Source of the DNA: Synechococcus sp.
Lineage (GTDB): Bacteria > Cyanobacteriota > Cyanobacteriia > PCC-6307 > Cyanobiaceae
Direction: 5' to 3'
Assembly: GCA_047285305.1 (NCBI GenBank)
Contig: JBJBDL010000003.1
Location: 128,001 to 192,000 of the forward strand
DNA: 64,000 nucleotides
Below are positions 62,123 to 64,000 of this stretch, in pieces. A program made the position numbers and the translations under genes. The notes beneath the pieces were generated by a model that searched no databases, was not told the origin of the DNA, and saw only the letters and a program-made list of their open reading frames with translations. How positions within the stretch are numbered: position 1 is the stretch's first letter; every line of letters begins with the position of its first letter.

Positions 62123-63579
62123 TCCTGTTCAAGCAACCAGTCGGCAACGGCCCAGGTTGCCAGGCAGTCGTCGCGGTTGTACTCGAAGATCCAGTGCAGC
62201 CCGTGCCTAGTGCCGCGTCGATCGGGCCCCTCCCCCTGCCACTGCCGCCACCACAGCAGGGCCCTAGCCCCGTCCACACCTGCCTGACTCCATTGGAACC
62301 CCTGCCAAACAGCCACGGCCTTGAGGCCATAACTGGCCAGGGGCAGGCGCCAGTGATGTCTTACCCGGGCATGCACATCTACCAAGCGCTGACGAAGCTG
62401 CAGCACCTCGGCCTCTGCGGCACCCTGCCGCTCAGCCATACGCCTTAAGGCCAGGCTTTCTGTCTCCCCGTAGTGAAGGATCGGCCAACCCCGATAGCGA
62501 TTCAGCAACCGTTGCAAACGGAGCCAGCAACGGGCTTCACCATGCTCCGCCAGGGCCAGAATCGGGTGATACGCCACGGATGCCAGATCCCAGTTTCCGC
62601 TTTTGGTTCTGGGCAACACCAGAAAACCGTGAAGGAAGTCGTGACGGGCGTCGGGATCGGATTCGATGTCGTAAAGCAGCACACCAGGACAGTCCTGCAG
62701 TTCCGGCAGTGCCGCTGAGGCATCCAAACGCTCCACCCGTCCATCCCGCTGCGCCCGCGCCTGAGCAACCAGGGATGCGGCCACCTCACCATGCTGATCC
62801 CCAAAACGCTGCAGCTGCTTGGCGAGCTGCAACGGATCAGCCGCGGCGAGATCGGACAAGCCGCGAATCCCAAGCTCCAACAAAATCTCGCGCCGCTTGG
62901 CCCCGATGCCGCTGACCTCGCTCAGATGCCCTTCCTCCGCCGCCACGGCATTGCAGGCGACACGCCAGCTGCAAAGTGAGCACTTACGCCGGTCAGCGGC
63001 CAGCGGAGGAGGAACCGGGCGCTCGAGGTCAGAGCGCAGTTTGCACAGCCCCTCCGACAGCTGTCGGCGCAGACCACTGGAGAGATGCAGCCGCTCCTGT
63101 TCCAGGCGCCGGCCACCACCGCCAAGCACCAGCATGGACGGAACGTCCCCCTGCTGATGCTGCTCAAGCAACAGGGCCATCAGCGCCAGCGGCAGCTGAT
63201 GTTCCCGGGTGGTGCGGCGGCCCTGACGGGCGAGCACCGGTTGATAGGCGAAGTCACCCCAGCGGCTCTGGCCCTTGACCCGCCGCAGCAGTGGAGGGTG
63301 TGCCTCCAACGGCTCACCGGATGGGCCAAGCCCCTTCAGGCGCAGACCCACCACGGCCTCGGCACCGGCAGCACAGGCGGCGATGCCATGGCCAGGCTTG
63401 CGGGGAATCAAGGCCACAAAACAGCGCTGCTGGTCGTCCAGCAAGAGATTGCGATGGGCCGTCCAACGCCGCTCGGCAGGATTCCCGTGGCGATCGAGCC
63501 AGGCCCTGCGACGGCAACGCAGCCAACTGCGCAGCAACCGGTCGGTGAGAGCGTTGTCGGCAGGCGGGGTGTCACCCAT
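62104..63579 (-). CDS. TM0106 family RecB-like protein with an RNase H-like (DEDD) C-terminal domain
   Basis: RCRRRAWLD, CSLCSWRVAC, HhH-like VSGIG, YDIESDP, SYGLK and YNRDDCLAT motifs. Confidence 0.85.
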   Translation of the reverse strand: MGDTPPADNALTDRLLRSWLRCRRRAWLDRHGNPAERRWTAHRNLLLDDQQRCFVALIPRKPGHGIAACAAGAEAVVGLRLKGLGPSGEPLEAHPPLLRRVKGQSRWGDFAYQPVLARQGRRTTREHQLPLALMALLLEQHQQGDVPSMLVLGGGGRRLEQERLHLSSGLRRQLSEGLCKLRSDLERPVPPPLAADRRKCSLCSWRVACNAVAAEEGHLSEVSGIGAKRREILLELGIRGLSDLAAADPLQLAKQLQRFGDQHGEVAASLVAQARAQRDGRVERLDASAALPELQDCPGVLLYDIESDPDARHDFLHGFLVLPRTKSGNWDLASVAYHPILALAEHGEARCWLRLQRLLNRYRGWPILHYGETESLALRRMAERQGAAEAEVLQLRQRLVDVHARVRHHWRLPLASYGLKAVAVWQGFQWSQAGVDGARALLWWRQWQGEGPDRRGTRHGLHWIFEYNRDDCLATWAVADWLLEQDQASGS

Positions 63580-63632
63580 CCGCCGACCATACGGCTGCCA
63601 GCTGCTAGATCGACTGAAGTGCAGGCTGTGCC

Positions 63633-64000
63633 ATGGCATCGGCTCCCCTCCCTCTGAGTCCAGCTCCGATCAAGTTCGGCACCGACGGCTGGCGCGGGAT
63701 CACCGGCGTCGACATCACGGTTGAGCGGTTGTTGCCCGTTGCCGCCGCCGCGGCTCAGGAGCTCGCCCATCGCGCCCCCGAAGGTCTCAACAGCCGAACA
63801 GTGGTGATCGGTTACGACCGGCGCTTTTTGGCTCCAGAACTGGCGGAAGCCATCGCGGCCGCTGTGCGGGGTTGTGAACTGGAACCACTGCTCACCGACA
63901 CCGATGTGCCCACGCCGGCCTGCAGCTGGGCCGTGGTGGAGCGCAAAGCCCTGGGAGCGTTGGTGATCACCGCCAGTCACAACCCACCGGAATGGCTGGG
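63633..64000 (+). CDS. Phosphoglucomutase/phosphomannomutase family protein (5' part)
   Basis: Translated by hand: MASAPLPLSPAPIKFGTDGWRG...IGYDRRF...PTP...ITASHNPPEW; runs off the window. Confidence 0.92.
   Translation, partial: MASAPLPLSPAPIKFGTDGWRGITGVDITVERLLPVAAAAAQELAHRAPEGLNSRTVVIGYDRRFLAPELAEAIAAAVRGCELEPLLTDTDVPTPACSWAVVERKALGALVITASHNPPEWL

Overview
This window is almost entirely core chromosome of a GC-rich marine picocyanobacterium (Synechococcus subcluster 5.1-like, inferred from gene content and order). It carries about 60 protein genes: coaBC, pyrB, mpg, yhhQ-like, ndhP, gatC, crtR, ileS, trmB, ictB, glmM, thyX, dcd, rph, ntcA, pth, tatA, psbH/N/I/K, leuCD, cinA, glyA, murJ, sfsA, amt1, ispH, purH, a Hik2-like kinase, cobS, tgt, pyrE and others. 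It also has four tRNA genes (Ala-CGC, Leu-TAG, Arg-ACG and a CAT-anticodon tRNA that is probably Ile2) and two decaying pseudogenes close to tRNA genes. I saw no CRISPR array, prophage, integrase or IS. Best leads: (1) a tandem pair of NrdR-box-like sites upstream of a CobO-like gene that lacks its P-loop and is translationally coupled to dcd; (2) an LptD/DUF3769-type outer-membrane protein with an inserted PagL-like barrel and a low-GC 3' half; (3) a structured leader with a three-way junction upstream of the DUF3155 gene; (4) an internally deleted NDH-2 pseudogene; (5) a TM0106-family protein that keeps its Fe-S cysteines but has lost the PD-(D/E)xK residues. All family names come from recalled motifs, not database searches.
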